DNA from: Chloroflexota bacterium
Lineage (GTDB): Bacteria > Chloroflexota > UBA11872 > VXOZ01
DNA: 64,000 nt
Reading direction: 5' to 3'
Assembly (NCBI GenBank): GCA_964291655.2
Contig: OZ219802.1
Span: 2,400,001 to 2,464,000 of the forward strand
Positions 1 through 9,309 of the stretch are shown one piece after another; position 1 is the stretch's first letter, and each line of letters begins with the position of its first letter. Below the pieces are notes generated by a model. The model worked only from the letters and a program-made list of their open reading frames with translations, had not been told where the DNA came from and searched no databases. Both the position numbers and the translations under genes were made by a program.

Positions 1-2
1 AG

Positions 3-149
3 GGGCCGGACTTGCCCATGAGCATGTGGTACACGGTCCTTTACTGCATTGTGGTGTTCACCGTCTTGGCTGTTTTCTTAGTGCGCCAGCGTTTGCAGAT
101 CGACGAGCTGCGGGAAACCCTTACTCACCTGCGCATGTCCGCGAGATGA
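3..149 (+). CDS. C-terminal fragment of a membrane protein, probably heme exporter protein CcmC (runs off the window start)
   Basis: Frame 3 reads GPDLPMSMWYTVLYCIVVFTVLAVFLVRQRLQIDELRETLTHLRMSAR*: a hydrophobic helix plus charged tail typical of CcmC ends, directly upstream of a CcmD-like ORF. Not in the ORF track. Confidence 0.55.
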   Translation, partial: GPDLPMSMWYTVLYCIVVFTVLAVFLVRQRLQIDELRETLTHLRMSAR

Positions 150-169
150 AAGGAAAAGGAATCATCTGA

Positions 170-349
170 ATGGACACGATACAGAACTTCGAGTATCTCT
201 TTGCTGCCTACGCCATCCTTTGGGTGGTCGTCTTTGGCTACTTCTTCTATATCACCCGCCAGCTTGGCGAATTGCGGCGCGAGGTCAACGCGCTGCGCGA
301 GCAACACACAAGCCGCGAATCCGGCGCGGATGAGGCTTCAGATTCATAG
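170..349 (+). CDS. ccmD: CcmD-family small membrane protein (59 aa)
   Basis: ATG at 170 after AGGAAAAGGA; MDTIQNFEYLFAAYAILWVVVFGYFFYITRQLGELRREVNALRE...; the YLFAAY..W...GY motif followed by a coiled tail is typical of CcmD. Below the ORF-track length cutoff. Confidence 0.7.
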   Translation: MDTIQNFEYLFAAYAILWVVVFGYFFYITRQLGELRREVNALREQHTSRESGADEASDS

Positions 350-501
350 CCGACGTGCCTGCGAAGCGGTGCAGAGACTCCTTATCGCGGCGGGTGTGGA
401 AGTGCCAGAGCAAGACGTTGCTTTGTTGGCACTCCAATGTGTGCATGTTATCCTATAAATAATGAAGTAATGGCAGAAACCAGGAATTCGAGCCAGTTGA
501 A

Positions 502-2061
502 ATGACGGAAGACTTACCGTGTACTTCTGCAGATGCAGGAAGCCAAGCTGCGGGTGCAGGAAGCCGAACAGCAGAAGCAGATAGTCCCGGGAGCCAAGAG
601 CCTAATTCACTAGGAAGCGACCAAGCTCTGGATACACTCACAGAAACCGACGCCCGCGAACGCAGTCTGGCCCTCAATGACAGCGTTCCCGCCAGCGGCT
701 TGTTTGGCGAGGCCGACCGTCCCCTGGTGGAGGGGTCGCGCGCGTCATGGCGGATCTCGCCGGAACCGTTCCTCATTTCCCAAGACAGCCTCGAGGGATT
801 GCAGCAATTAGGAAACCAATTGCTGGCCTTCTATAGCGCGGCGAATGGACTCTACCGCCGCAGCGTGCGCGGTACCATTCCTGCGTTCTTCCATGAATAC
901 CTTGACATCGGCAAGAGCGAGACCGTAATCGACTACGGGCGCATGAATCGTTTCCGCCGCGATCTGCCTGGCGTGATTCGGCCGGACCTTCTACTCACAA
1001 CCGACGGCGTGAAGGCTGCCGAACTCGACTCCATCCCCGGTGGCATCGGCCTCACCGGCAGCATGCAGCAGCATTACAGCGGCCTGGGCTTTGACATGAT
1101 CGGCGGCGCAAACGGCATGGTGGAAGGTTTTGCCGCCATGATCCGCAGCCGCGCGGCTAAGGATGACCCGCAGCTTGCTATCGCCGTCTCCGATGAATCC
1201 AACGACTACCGTCCTGAAATGCAGTGGGTCTCCGATCAGTTGTGTGCACTTGGCATGGCTAGCGCATGCGCCAAGCCGGAAGAGATTGAATTGCACGGCG
1301 ACAGACTCATGGTTCACGACCGGCCGGTCGACACGCTTTACCGCTTCTTTGAACTCTTCGACCTCAAGAACATCCCGAACTACGACATTCTCCTTTACGC
1401 CGTGCGCAAGCAACTCGTGGCCATGACGCCGCCGGCGAAGGCGTATCTTGAGGAAAAGCTGCTCTTCGCGCTGTTCCATCATCCCGTACTGGCTGAATTT
1501 TGGAAGCAGGAGCTGGGGGCAAAGACCGTTGCCGCTTTGAAACGAGTAATTCCTGATACCTGGATACTGGATCCGCGGCCCTTGCCGCCGCAAGCGGTCG
1601 TGCCGGGACTGGAGATCGCCAAACGTCCGGTGACGAACTGGGACCAACTTAAGGGCTTGGGCCAAGCAGACCGTCGGCTCGTAATTAAGCCTTCCGGCTT
1701 TTCAGCCACCGCCTGGGGCAGCCGCGGCGTTACCATCGGCCACGACCAACCGGAATCGGAGTGGGATAATGCCGTGCAGACAGCCCTCGACGCATTCACA
1801 ACAACCCCTCACGTATTGCAGAAGTTCCATCACGGTAAGCGTTATGGCACCCGCCACTACGACTTTGCGCAGGACACAGTCCGCAAAATGCACGGACGGG
1901 TGCGCTTGAGCCCGTATTACTTTGTTGTAAACAATGAGGCGCAACTAGCGGGTATCCTGGTAACCATCGTACCGGCAGACAAGAAGCTCATTCACGGTAT
2001 GGTTGACGCCGTGATGGTGCCTGCCGCCGTAAGCGATAACGGGGTAGACATTGACCTGTAA
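502..2061 (+). CDS. ATP-grasp-like amide ligase (glutathionylspermidine synthase-like / circularly permuted ATP-grasp), function unknown
   Basis: Motifs IRPDLLL, ELDSIPGGIG, LEEKLLFAL, LVIKPSGFS..WGSRGVTIG, HVLQKF. Low-complexity N-terminal ~60 aa, so the true start may be downstream. Confidence 0.65.
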   Translation: MTEDLPCTSADAGSQAAGAGSRTAEADSPGSQEPNSLGSDQALDTLTETDARERSLALNDSVPASGLFGEADRPLVEGSRASWRISPEPFLISQDSLEGLQQLGNQLLAFYSAANGLYRRSVRGTIPAFFHEYLDIGKSETVIDYGRMNRFRRDLPGVIRPDLLLTTDGVKAAELDSIPGGIGLTGSMQQHYSGLGFDMIGGANGMVEGFAAMIRSRAAKDDPQLAIAVSDESNDYRPEMQWVSDQLCALGMASACAKPEEIELHGDRLMVHDRPVDTLYRFFELFDLKNIPNYDILLYAVRKQLVAMTPPAKAYLEEKLLFALFHHPVLAEFWKQELGAKTVAALKRVIPDTWILDPRPLPPQAVVPGLEIAKRPVTNWDQLKGLGQADRRLVIKPSGFSATAWGSRGVTIGHDQPESEWDNAVQTALDAFTTTPHVLQKFHHGKRYGTRHYDFAQDTVRKMHGRVRLSPYYFVVNNEAQLAGILVTIVPADKKLIHGMVDAVMVPAAVSDNGVDIDL

Positions 2062-2129
2062 TGTGTTGCTACCGTTTTCAGAAGCATGTGACAAATACGT
2101 TGGCTTTCCGTCAGTCTCTTCTCCCTGAG

Positions 2130-2624
2130 AAGAGCTCTGCGTAACTTTAACGAGCACGCGAAATTGGGCTGGAACGGTGGCGATTCACCCTCACCCCGGC
2201 CCTCTCCCTGTACAGACCGGGGACATAGGTAACAGTTGTTCGGGGACATGGGTAACACATTTTACTGATTGACACCTACGAGAGCATTGGGTTGGTCCGG
2301 GTTTGATAAGAGACTGGCGACACAGTGCACTCACTTTCCGCCTGTCAGCTTGTGCCAGAGAAACAAACAGTGTGCATAAGGATATTGAGTGGATCTAACT
2401 TTCAAGGCAAGGACATCGCATACTACGAAAACCCCCTCGTTCTATGGTGTTACCTATGAGCCCGAACAACTGTTACCCATGTCCCCGGTCTATACACTCC
2501 CCCAGGAGAGGGTGCAGAGTGCGAAACCGGGTGAACATAGAGCAACTCCGGTCCCCTCTCCTGGGGGAGAGGGTTAGGGTGAGGGGATGTTCTCACTTAC
2601 CGGCTTGAGTTGTGCAAAGGTCTC
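2130..2624. mobile_element. Non-autonomous element with GAGACC-type inverted ends, inserted in a REP hairpin loop; carries two REP copies and a nested IS481 MITE
   Basis: Right end GAGTTGTGCAAAGGTCTC (ends 2624), degenerate left end AAGAGCTCTGCGTAACT; flanked by direct repeat CTGAG (2125-2129 and 2625-2629), between the arms CTCTTCTCCC and GGGAGAGGG. Confidence 0.65.
2209..2496. mobile_element. IS481-family MITE (288 bp, no transposase)
   Basis: Ends TGTACAGACCGGGGACATAGGTAACAGTTGTTCGGG / CCCGAACAACTGTTACCCATGTCCCCGGTCTATACA, nearly identical to the ends of the IS at 6626-7890; duplicated subterminal GGGGACAT(A/G)GGTAACA; 5-bp TSD CTCCC (2204-2208, 2497-2501). Confidence 0.9.
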
Positions 2625-2740
2625 CTGAGGGAGAGGGCTATAGCCTGCCCCGTACTCGATACGGGGGTGAGGGTGAGAAGTTAGAGCAAAACTGGATTGA
2701 CTAGGAACTCGCAGGGGGATTTGGAGAAAAGGGAGCCGCA

Positions 2741-3922
2741 ATGGCATTACCGCAGACTCAAGTGAAACGAGAGAAAGAAGAGTGGCAAGAGCTGCTTGCG
2801 GCGGGTATCAACCGGCCGGAAAAGCTCATCACCGAATTGGGCGAGCGCCTCGGCTTGGATGATGAGACTGCGGCCAGCCTCCACCAGAATTTCCCGGTGC
2901 GCATCAATCCCTACTATCTCGGCCTGATCGAAGAGGTAAACGATCCCATCTGGCGTCAGGCGATCCCCGACGAGATGGAACTCGACCACAGCGATACCAT
3001 GACTACCATGGACCCGCTGGCGGAGGATATGGACTCGCCGGTGCCCTATCTGACGCACCGCTACCCAGACCGCGTGCTCATGGTGGTGCAATTGCAGTGC
3101 GCCATGTACTGCCGCTTCTGCACGCGGCGCCGCGAAGTCGGCAGCCGCAATGCCGTCAAGAAGGAAGACTGGGACCGGCAGATCGAGTACATCGCCACGC
3201 ACCCGGAAGTGCGCGATGTCATCATCTCCGGCGGCGACCCCTTCATGCTGCTCGACCATCAGATTGACTACATTCTCAAGGGCCTGCGGGCGATCCCGCA
3301 CATGGAGATCATCCGCCTTGATTCGCGGATGCCCGTCACCCTGCCCCAGCGCGTGACGGAGAACCTCTGCCAGATCGTCCAGCGGTACCATCCGGTCTAC
3401 CTGAATACGCACTTCAACCACCCCCGCGAGATCACGCCTGAGTCCTCCCGCGCGTGTGAGCTCATGAACGATCACGGCGTTCCCGTGGGCAACCAGAGCG
3501 TGCTGCTGCGCGGTGTGAATGACGATCCTGAAACCATGAAGACCCTGGTCCAAGAACTGCTGAAAATTCGCGTCAAGCCCTACTATCTCTACCAGGCCGA
3601 CCTGGTCACCGGCACCAGCCACTTCCGCACCGCTGTGGAGAAAGGCTTGGAGATCATCAAGGCAATCCAGGGCCACACCAGCGGCATGGCCGTGCCCCAC
3701 TATGTGATCGACGCGCCCCAGGGCGGCGGCAAGATTCCGGTGACGCCCGACTTCATCCAGGAAATCACGGAAAATGAGATTGTGCTCAAGAACTACGAGG
3801 GCAAGGTCTACCGTTATCCGATTGATTCCGAAGTGCCGAACGCGCGGGAAGCAACTAAGCCCCAAGCCCACGGTAACGGCAAGAGCAATGGCAGCTCCTC
3901 CGCCCCTTCAAACGGAGTGTAG
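2741..3922 (+). CDS. kamA: KamA-family radical SAM enzyme, probable lysine 2,3-aminomutase
   Basis: THRYPDRV, CAMYCRFC (CxxxCxxC), SGGDP, NQSVLLRGVND, YQAD, DAPQGGGKIP (PLP lysine). Confidence 0.9.
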   Translation: MALPQTQVKREKEEWQELLAAGINRPEKLITELGERLGLDDETAASLHQNFPVRINPYYLGLIEEVNDPIWRQAIPDEMELDHSDTMTTMDPLAEDMDSPVPYLTHRYPDRVLMVVQLQCAMYCRFCTRRREVGSRNAVKKEDWDRQIEYIATHPEVRDVIISGGDPFMLLDHQIDYILKGLRAIPHMEIIRLDSRMPVTLPQRVTENLCQIVQRYHPVYLNTHFNHPREITPESSRACELMNDHGVPVGNQSVLLRGVNDDPETMKTLVQELLKIRVKPYYLYQADLVTGTSHFRTAVEKGLEIIKAIQGHTSGMAVPHYVIDAPQGGGKIPVTPDFIQEITENEIVLKNYEGKVYRYPIDSEVPNAREATKPQAHGNGKSNGSSSAPSNGV

Positions 3923-3976
3923 CCGCGGTCGCACTGGGAAGCGCGAGCGCTGTACGGGCAACCTTCTGTCATTCCG

Positions 3977-4096
3977 AATGGAGCATAGCGGAGTAAGGAA
4001 TCTAAAACGCTAGACCTATTGAATAGTCTGCGGCATGGACTCTAGATTTCTCGCTGCGCTCGAAATGACAGTCGGGGCTGCGCTCGAAATGACTGG
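3977..4096. repeat. REP-like palindrome family F (TGTCATTCCGA...AGATTTCTCGCTGCGCTCGAAATGACA) with a tandem partial copy
   Basis: GCTGCGCTCGAAATGAC occurs twice here; the same motif recurs at 39382-39410. Confidence 0.7.
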
Positions 4097-4291
4097 TGAG
4101 ACGCAGAATTCGGATGGACTACCCGTGTTGAGGACGGATTCGCGACGTACGAGACGTTAAGGACGGGATTACGGCGCACGAGACTGTGAACACACCCAGG
4201 CACTATTCGTTGCTTGGCGACCAGGCAATGAAGTACGCGCACCCTCATTTCTGTTATCGCTAGCCAGAGCCACGCAAGAGAAACTCCTCTC

Positions 4292-5335
4292 ATGAATGCC
4301 CCGCTCCGTATTGCCGCCGTTGGCTTGGAACACGACGAGATCTATCGTGTGCTCGACCGGCTGCGCGGACATGAATCTGCCGAGCTGGTAGCCATTGCCG
4401 AGCGCAGCGGTCGCCTGCGTATGGCCGCTGAAGGCAGGTATCGTGTGCCGGTCTTTCCGCGACTCACCCCGCTCTTGGCGAAAGTCGCCGTAGATGCCGT
4501 CGTCGTGGCCACGCCCAATGGCGACAAGGCGGCAGTCATCGAAGAAGCATTGCGCGCCGGTACGCATGTCATCGCCCATGCGCCGCTTGCGGTTACGACC
4601 GAGCAATGCCACGCCGTGGCAGAGGCGCAGCGGACTGCCGACGCCGGTTTAGTCTTGCTGCTGCCGTTGCGCTTTGCGCCGGCCTACGGAGACCTGCGGG
4701 CGGCGCTCACGCAGGGGGTACTCGGCGATATTAGCCAAACGGTTATCATCAACTCGCAGCAGGTCACGGCCACACCCCGCACTCAGGCATTCTTTGCGAC
4801 GAAGGCGCACGGGGGCATTCTGACGAACCTCGCCGTTCACGACCTGGACGCGCTGCGTTGGCTCGGCGGAGACATAGCCGTGGAGTATGCCGCAACGCGG
4901 CGCATCGGCATAGCCGGGTACCCCGACTTTGAGGACGCCGGCCTCGTGCGCTGCCGACTGGCGGGTGGCGGCGAAGGCGTGGTGGTGTGCAACTGGCTCG
5001 CGCCGGAGGCAGCCGCGCCTTTCCACGAACATACCGTCATCGGCACGGAAGGCACGGCATGGATTAGCGGCGGAAAGCTCCAGATTTGGGGCGGAGCGCC
5101 TGCGGAGACCCCACGCGACAGCACGGGCGACACGGCCTATGGTGCACTCGGACGCGCCCTGTCGCCGGACGATGCCGGACACGCTGATGACGAGGTTGTC
5201 TCCGCTATGCTCGACGCCGCGCTCATAGCGCTTGGCGATGCCCACTTGAGAGCGGCGGTCACTGCGGATGCGCTGCGCACGACCCGCGCCGCGTTGGAGG
5301 CACAGGCCATCGCGTGGCAGCATAGCTCTCCGTGA
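4292..5335 (+). CDS. Gfo/Idh/MocA family oxidoreductase (divergent)
   Basis: LRIAAVGL Rossmann start, DAVVVATPN, GGILTNLAVHDLD; the usual EKP motif reads HAP. Confidence 0.85.
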   Translation: MNAPLRIAAVGLEHDEIYRVLDRLRGHESAELVAIAERSGRLRMAAEGRYRVPVFPRLTPLLAKVAVDAVVVATPNGDKAAVIEEALRAGTHVIAHAPLAVTTEQCHAVAEAQRTADAGLVLLLPLRFAPAYGDLRAALTQGVLGDISQTVIINSQQVTATPRTQAFFATKAHGGILTNLAVHDLDALRWLGGDIAVEYAATRRIGIAGYPDFEDAGLVRCRLAGGGEGVVVCNWLAPEAAAPFHEHTVIGTEGTAWISGGKLQIWGGAPAETPRDSTGDTAYGALGRALSPDDAGHADDEVVSAMLDAALIALGDAHLRAAVTADALRTTRAALEAQAIAWQHSSP

Positions 5336-5437
5336 AGCGCCTGTCCACTTTCGGATACGACGCAAGCGCGTGTCACCGCGCCAGGGGGGCGCGCCGCAAA
5401 TTGCAGACCTGCCGCCAGTGCGAGAGAGGCGCGTGAC

Positions 5438-6298
5438 GTGAACGAATCCGACCAGACAACGCCGAAGTTACTCACAATCGGCCACGCCTCGCGGGATCTC
5501 GTGCCCGGCGGCTGGCGCTGGGGCGGCACGGTGACCTACGCCGCACTGCTAGCGCGCACCTGGGGAATATCTACGGCTGTGCTCACTGCTCTGGCACCGG
5601 CAGACGTTGGCCCGTATCAGACACTTCTCGGCAGTGACGCTATGCTGCACGCTCTTCCATCGCAGAGCACGACCTCAATGGAAAACGTGTATTCCGCCAC
5701 GGGGCGCAGACAGCAGCTCGCCGCCAAAGCCGCAAAGATTCACCCCCGCCACGTACCCGTGGCTTGGCGCTCCACTCCCACTGTGCTCGTCGCGCCTCTC
5801 GTCGGCGAGGTATCCACACAGTTTGGCAGCTACTTTCCACAAGATTCACTGGTAGCGATGACAATTCAAGGCCGCCTGCGCTCGCACCGCAAAGGCCGCA
5901 TGTACACGCGCCGTTGGCACCGCGCCGAGCAGGAATTCTCGGCCTACGACATCATTTTCTTCTCCGAGGAAGACGTGCGCGGCAATGCCGAACTTGCCGC
6001 ATACTACGCCTCGCTTGTCCCACTTGCAGTCATGACCCAGGGCAACTCCGGCGCAACCGTCTTTGTGCAAGGTCGGGCGCTGCAATACACTGCCTTTCCG
6101 GCCCAGCCGGTGGACGCGACCGGCGCGGGCGATGTGTTTACTGCCGCATTTCTCTTCACCTATGCGGCAACCCGCGATCCGGCCGCCGCTTGCCGTTACG
6201 CCAATGCTGCTGCCGCGTGCAGCATAGAACACGTCGGAACGAGTGGAATTCCCACACGCCGCCAGGTAGAAGCGCGGCTGCGGACCGAAATCCGGTAG
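5438..6298 (+). CDS. PfkB family carbohydrate kinase
   Basis: GGTVTYAA N-terminal motif and PfkB signature DATGAGDVF. Confidence 0.9.
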   Translation: MNESDQTTPKLLTIGHASRDLVPGGWRWGGTVTYAALLARTWGISTAVLTALAPADVGPYQTLLGSDAMLHALPSQSTTSMENVYSATGRRQQLAAKAAKIHPRHVPVAWRSTPTVLVAPLVGEVSTQFGSYFPQDSLVAMTIQGRLRSHRKGRMYTRRWHRAEQEFSAYDIIFFSEEDVRGNAELAAYYASLVPLAVMTQGNSGATVFVQGRALQYTAFPAQPVDATGAGDVFTAAFLFTYAATRDPAAACRYANAAAACSIEHVGTSGIPTRRQVEARLRTEIR

Positions 6299-6625
6299 GC
6301 AGCTTGGCTGCGCCGACGCTTACGTCCCTGCTTCGCAGGGAGTTACCCTCCTGCCGGACCCCGTTCATTGCAATTGCCACGGCTCCCAGATTCACATGTC
6401 TTGGCCGCGAATCTGCCACGACGCGGGAGACAAGCACCCACGCTGCGGCATTACTTGCCCCCTCTCCCTCGTGAAAGCCTCCCGTATTGGCGTGCGTAGT
6501 AGGCTTTGCGCAAATTCGGCTGCAGTCCCGCATATTGCTCCCTCTCCCACACATTGCTCCCTCTCCCCTGGGAGACCTCTGCATAACCCCACTTTCAAGC
6601 AAGGGCACTCCCTCTCCCTGGGGGA

Positions 6626-7890
6626 TGTACAGACCGGGGACATAGGTAACAGATGTTCGGGTAGATAGGTTACACATTTTGTGCTCTGAGGTCTATGGTT
6701 TTTACTCTTTGGATCGAGAAGTACACGTCCCAGACACCGTCCGTTCGGGTGGGTCGCAGGGCGACTTGCTTGTGCGTGAAGGCCCTGCCCACACGGAGCC
6801 GTCTGCCTTGGAAGGAGATGCGGCCGGAGACATCGACGCTGCGTACGCGGTCGTCGGGAGCGTAGGCGAGGGCAGGCAAGGTCTCTGGGAAAGGGCGAGG
6901 ACTAGGCGTGTATCTGGTAATGGGAGTGTCGAGATCGAGGGCATGGTGTGGGCGTTCCAAGTTGTAGAAGTGGCGCCAGGTGTCAAAGGCGCGCTGGCAA
7001 TGGTCCAGGTCGGTAAAGGTGGTCCCTGCCAGCAGTTCGCTCTTGAGGGAGCGGTGGAAGCGTTCCAGCTTGCCGAGTGTCTGGGGATGGTAGGGTCGGC
7101 TGTGCAGGACGTTGATGCCCAGCTGCATGAGCCAGACGGTGAGGGGCGTGAAGGGCTGGGCACTGTCGTTACCCCAGGGAGAGCCGTTGTCCATGAGCAT
7201 GGCCTGGGGCAAGCCGTAGCGGCGAAAGACAGCGGTGAGGCGGTCTTGGACCGTCTCTCCCCGCTCGTTGGCACAGGCCTGTAACCCGAGGTTGAAGCGG
7301 GAGTGATCGTCTAGGAGGGTGAGAGGATGACAGCGGTTCTGCTGCATGACGAAATGTCCCTTGAAGTCCATCTGCCACAGCTCGTTGGGCTGGGGTCGTT
7401 CGAAGCGCACATGGGGCGTGTGCTTGGCGCTCTGGGCTGGATCGATGAGCCCATGGCGTTTGAGAATGGCATTGATGGTGCTCTTGGCCGGCACGTCGGT
7501 ATGCCCCTGGTCCTGCAGCATTCTGCGCAGCACATGGGCGCCCTTCGTAGGATGCGCCAGACGCAGCGCGATGATGCGTTCCTCCAGCGCCGGGCGCGTG
7601 CGGTGCGGACACGTGTGCGGCCGCCGCGACCGGTCGTGCAAACCGTCTTCGCCAGCTTCCGCATACCGCTCCAGCGTCTTGTACGCCGTCTTGCGACTGA
7701 TCTCCAGACGGCGACACAGCTCGCTGATGTTGGCCCCTTCCATCAGTGCCAGTGCAATGAACTCCTTGCGTTCAGACACAACCGTACTCTCCTTCCAAGG
7801 CATGGCGCTCCTCCATCTGTAAGAATCTCCATGCCTTAAGGTGTAACCTATGTGCCCGAACATGTGTAACCCATGTACCCGGTCTATACA
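6626..7890 (-). mobile_element. IS481-family insertion sequence, copy A (1265 bp)
   Basis: TGT...ACA ends (TGTACAGACCGGGGACATAGGTAACA / TGTAACCCATGTACCCGGTCTATACA), 5-bp TSD GGGGA (6621-6625, 7891-7895), single transposase. Confidence 0.95.
6670..7803 (-). CDS. IS481-family DDE transposase
   Basis: MPWKES start after GGAGGAG; N-terminal HTH; rve core WQMDFKG / MDNGSPWG / GKLERFHRSLK. Confidence 0.95.
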   Translation of the reverse strand: MPWKESTVVSERKEFIALALMEGANISELCRRLEISRKTAYKTLERYAEAGEDGLHDRSRRPHTCPHRTRPALEERIIALRLAHPTKGAHVLRRMLQDQGHTDVPAKSTINAILKRHGLIDPAQSAKHTPHVRFERPQPNELWQMDFKGHFVMQQNRCHPLTLLDDHSRFNLGLQACANERGETVQDRLTAVFRRYGLPQAMLMDNGSPWGNDSAQPFTPLTVWLMQLGINVLHSRPYHPQTLGKLERFHRSLKSELLAGTTFTDLDHCQRAFDTWRHFYNLERPHHALDLDTPITRYTPSPRPFPETLPALAYAPDDRVRSVDVSGRISFQGRRLRVGRAFTHKQVALRPTRTDGVWDVYFSIQRVKTIDLRAQNV

Positions 7891-8022
7891 GGGGAGAGGG
7901 TTGGGGTGAGGGGGTCTTTTTGCTACGATGGCCCTTTACGCTGGGCAGTGTCAAGACGTATCAGGGCAGACTCGGTGTGCATATTGAGAGATTTCAGGAG
8001 AGCCACCCTCACCCTAGCCCTC

Positions 8023-9309
8023 TGTATAGACCTGACACATAGTTTACAGGTGTACGAGGACATACTTTACACATGAGTTGGTATTTCTACACGGGGCAGA
8101 GGTCCGCGCAGGTTCAGCTCTGCTATGTGGTGGGTCATGAACCACACACTCCACACGCCGTCACTGGTGGTTGGTCTCAGGCCGATGTGGCAACCCACAA
8201 ACGCCTTGCCGACGCGGAACTCTCGTCCCTGAAAGTTGACCCAACCTTCCGCCATCACCTTGCGCGTCTCGTCGCCGTCGCCATACGTGATCGGGGGGAG
8301 TTCCTCGGGGAAGGAGCGGCGGCTCGGCGCGTAGCGGCTCAGGGGCGTTGCCATGTGGAGGGCCTGGTGCGGTCGTTCCAGGTTGTAGACGTCCCGCCAG
8401 CGGTCCAGGGCCGCTTGGCAGGTCGCGAGGTCGGCGAACCGCCTGCCTTGCAGCGCCTCAGCCTGCAAGGTGCGGTGGAACCGCTCCTCTTTGCCCTGGG
8501 TCTGCGGATGGTAGGGGCGACCATGGCTCACCGACACGCCCAGCCGCAGCAGCCAGACGGTAAGCCTGGTGTACGGGTGCGCGGCATTGCTGCCCCACGG
8601 CGACCCGTTGTCCATCAGCATACGCGCCGGCAGTCCGTAGCGGCGAAAGGCACTCGTCAGACATGCCCGCACCGTGTCTGCCCGCTCGTCCCCACAGGCC
8701 CACAGACCCACGGCGAAGCGGGAGTGGTCGTCCAAGACGGTGAGCGGGTGGCAGCGCCCGGCGTCCACGGCGAAGTGACCCTTGTAGTCCATCTGCCACA
8801 GGTCGTTGGGATACGGGTGTTCAAAGCGCTGCCAGTCCCGGTGCGTTCGCTCCACCGGGTCGATGAGATCGTGCCGATGGAGGATGTTGGTGATGGCGCT
8901 GGGGCTGGGAACCACCGTGTGACCGGCGTTCAGCAGTGCGTGGTGGAGCTTGCGACCGCCCCACGCCGGGTGGCGCTTGCGCAGTTCTACCACGACCGCC
9001 TCCACCGCAGATGGCGTGCGCCGCGGCGAGTGGTGCGGCCGACGCGAGCGGGACGTGAAGGCCTCTTCCCCCTCTTCGGCGTAACGATGCAGCAAGGCAT
9101 AGCCAGTGGGCGGCGAGATCGCAAAGCGTCGACACAACGCGCGTATGTTCGCCCCCGGCGCTCGCGCCAAAGCGACGAATTCGCGCTTAGCATCCACAGC
9201 AGTACTCTCCTTCCAAGGCATGAGGCACCTCCTTCTTTACTCAGAAAGAGTGCCATACTGTGTAAAGTATGTCTGCGCACACCCGTTAAGTATCTCTCTG
9301 GTCTATACA
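8023..9309 (-). mobile_element. IS481-family insertion sequence, copy B (1287 bp; related to but distinct from copy A)
   Basis: Ends TGTATAGACCTGACACATAGTTTAC / GTTAAGTATCTCTCTGGTCTATACA, 5-bp TSD CCCTC (8018-8022, 9310-9314). Confidence 0.95.
8067..9221 (-). CDS. IS481-family DDE transposase
   Basis: MPWKEST start after AGAAGGAGG; WQMDYKG / MDNGSPWG / GKEERFHRTL. Confidence 0.95.
   Translation of the reverse strand: MPWKESTAVDAKREFVALARAPGANIRALCRRFAISPPTGYALLHRYAEEGEEAFTSRSRRPHHSPRRTPSAVEAVVVELRKRHPAWGGRKLHHALLNAGHTVVPSPSAITNILHRHDLIDPVERTHRDWQRFEHPYPNDLWQMDYKGHFAVDAGRCHPLTVLDDHSRFAVGLWACGDERADTVRACLTSAFRRYGLPARMLMDNGSPWGSNAAHPYTRLTVWLLRLGVSVSHGRPYHPQTQGKEERFHRTLQAEALQGRRFADLATCQAALDRWRDVYNLERPHQALHMATPLSRYAPSRRSFPEELPPITYGDGDETRKVMAEGWVNFQGREFRVGKAFVGCHIGLRPTTSDGVWSVWFMTHHIAELNLRGPLPRVEIPTHV

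Noticed and set aside
2747-3871. 374-aa antisense ORF over kamA
   Set aside because: Shadow frame of a high-GC3 gene with no recognisable motifs.
2741-3922. KamA as EpmB or as glutamate 2,3-aminomutase
   Set aside because: No efp/epmA nearby, and the two lysine-binding Asp positions are retained rather than substituted as in the glutamate enzyme.
6626-9309. Classical composite transposon formed by the two IS481 copies
   Set aside because: The copies are different elements, each with its own TSD, and enclose only ~130 bp of MITE spacer; independent insertions explain it.
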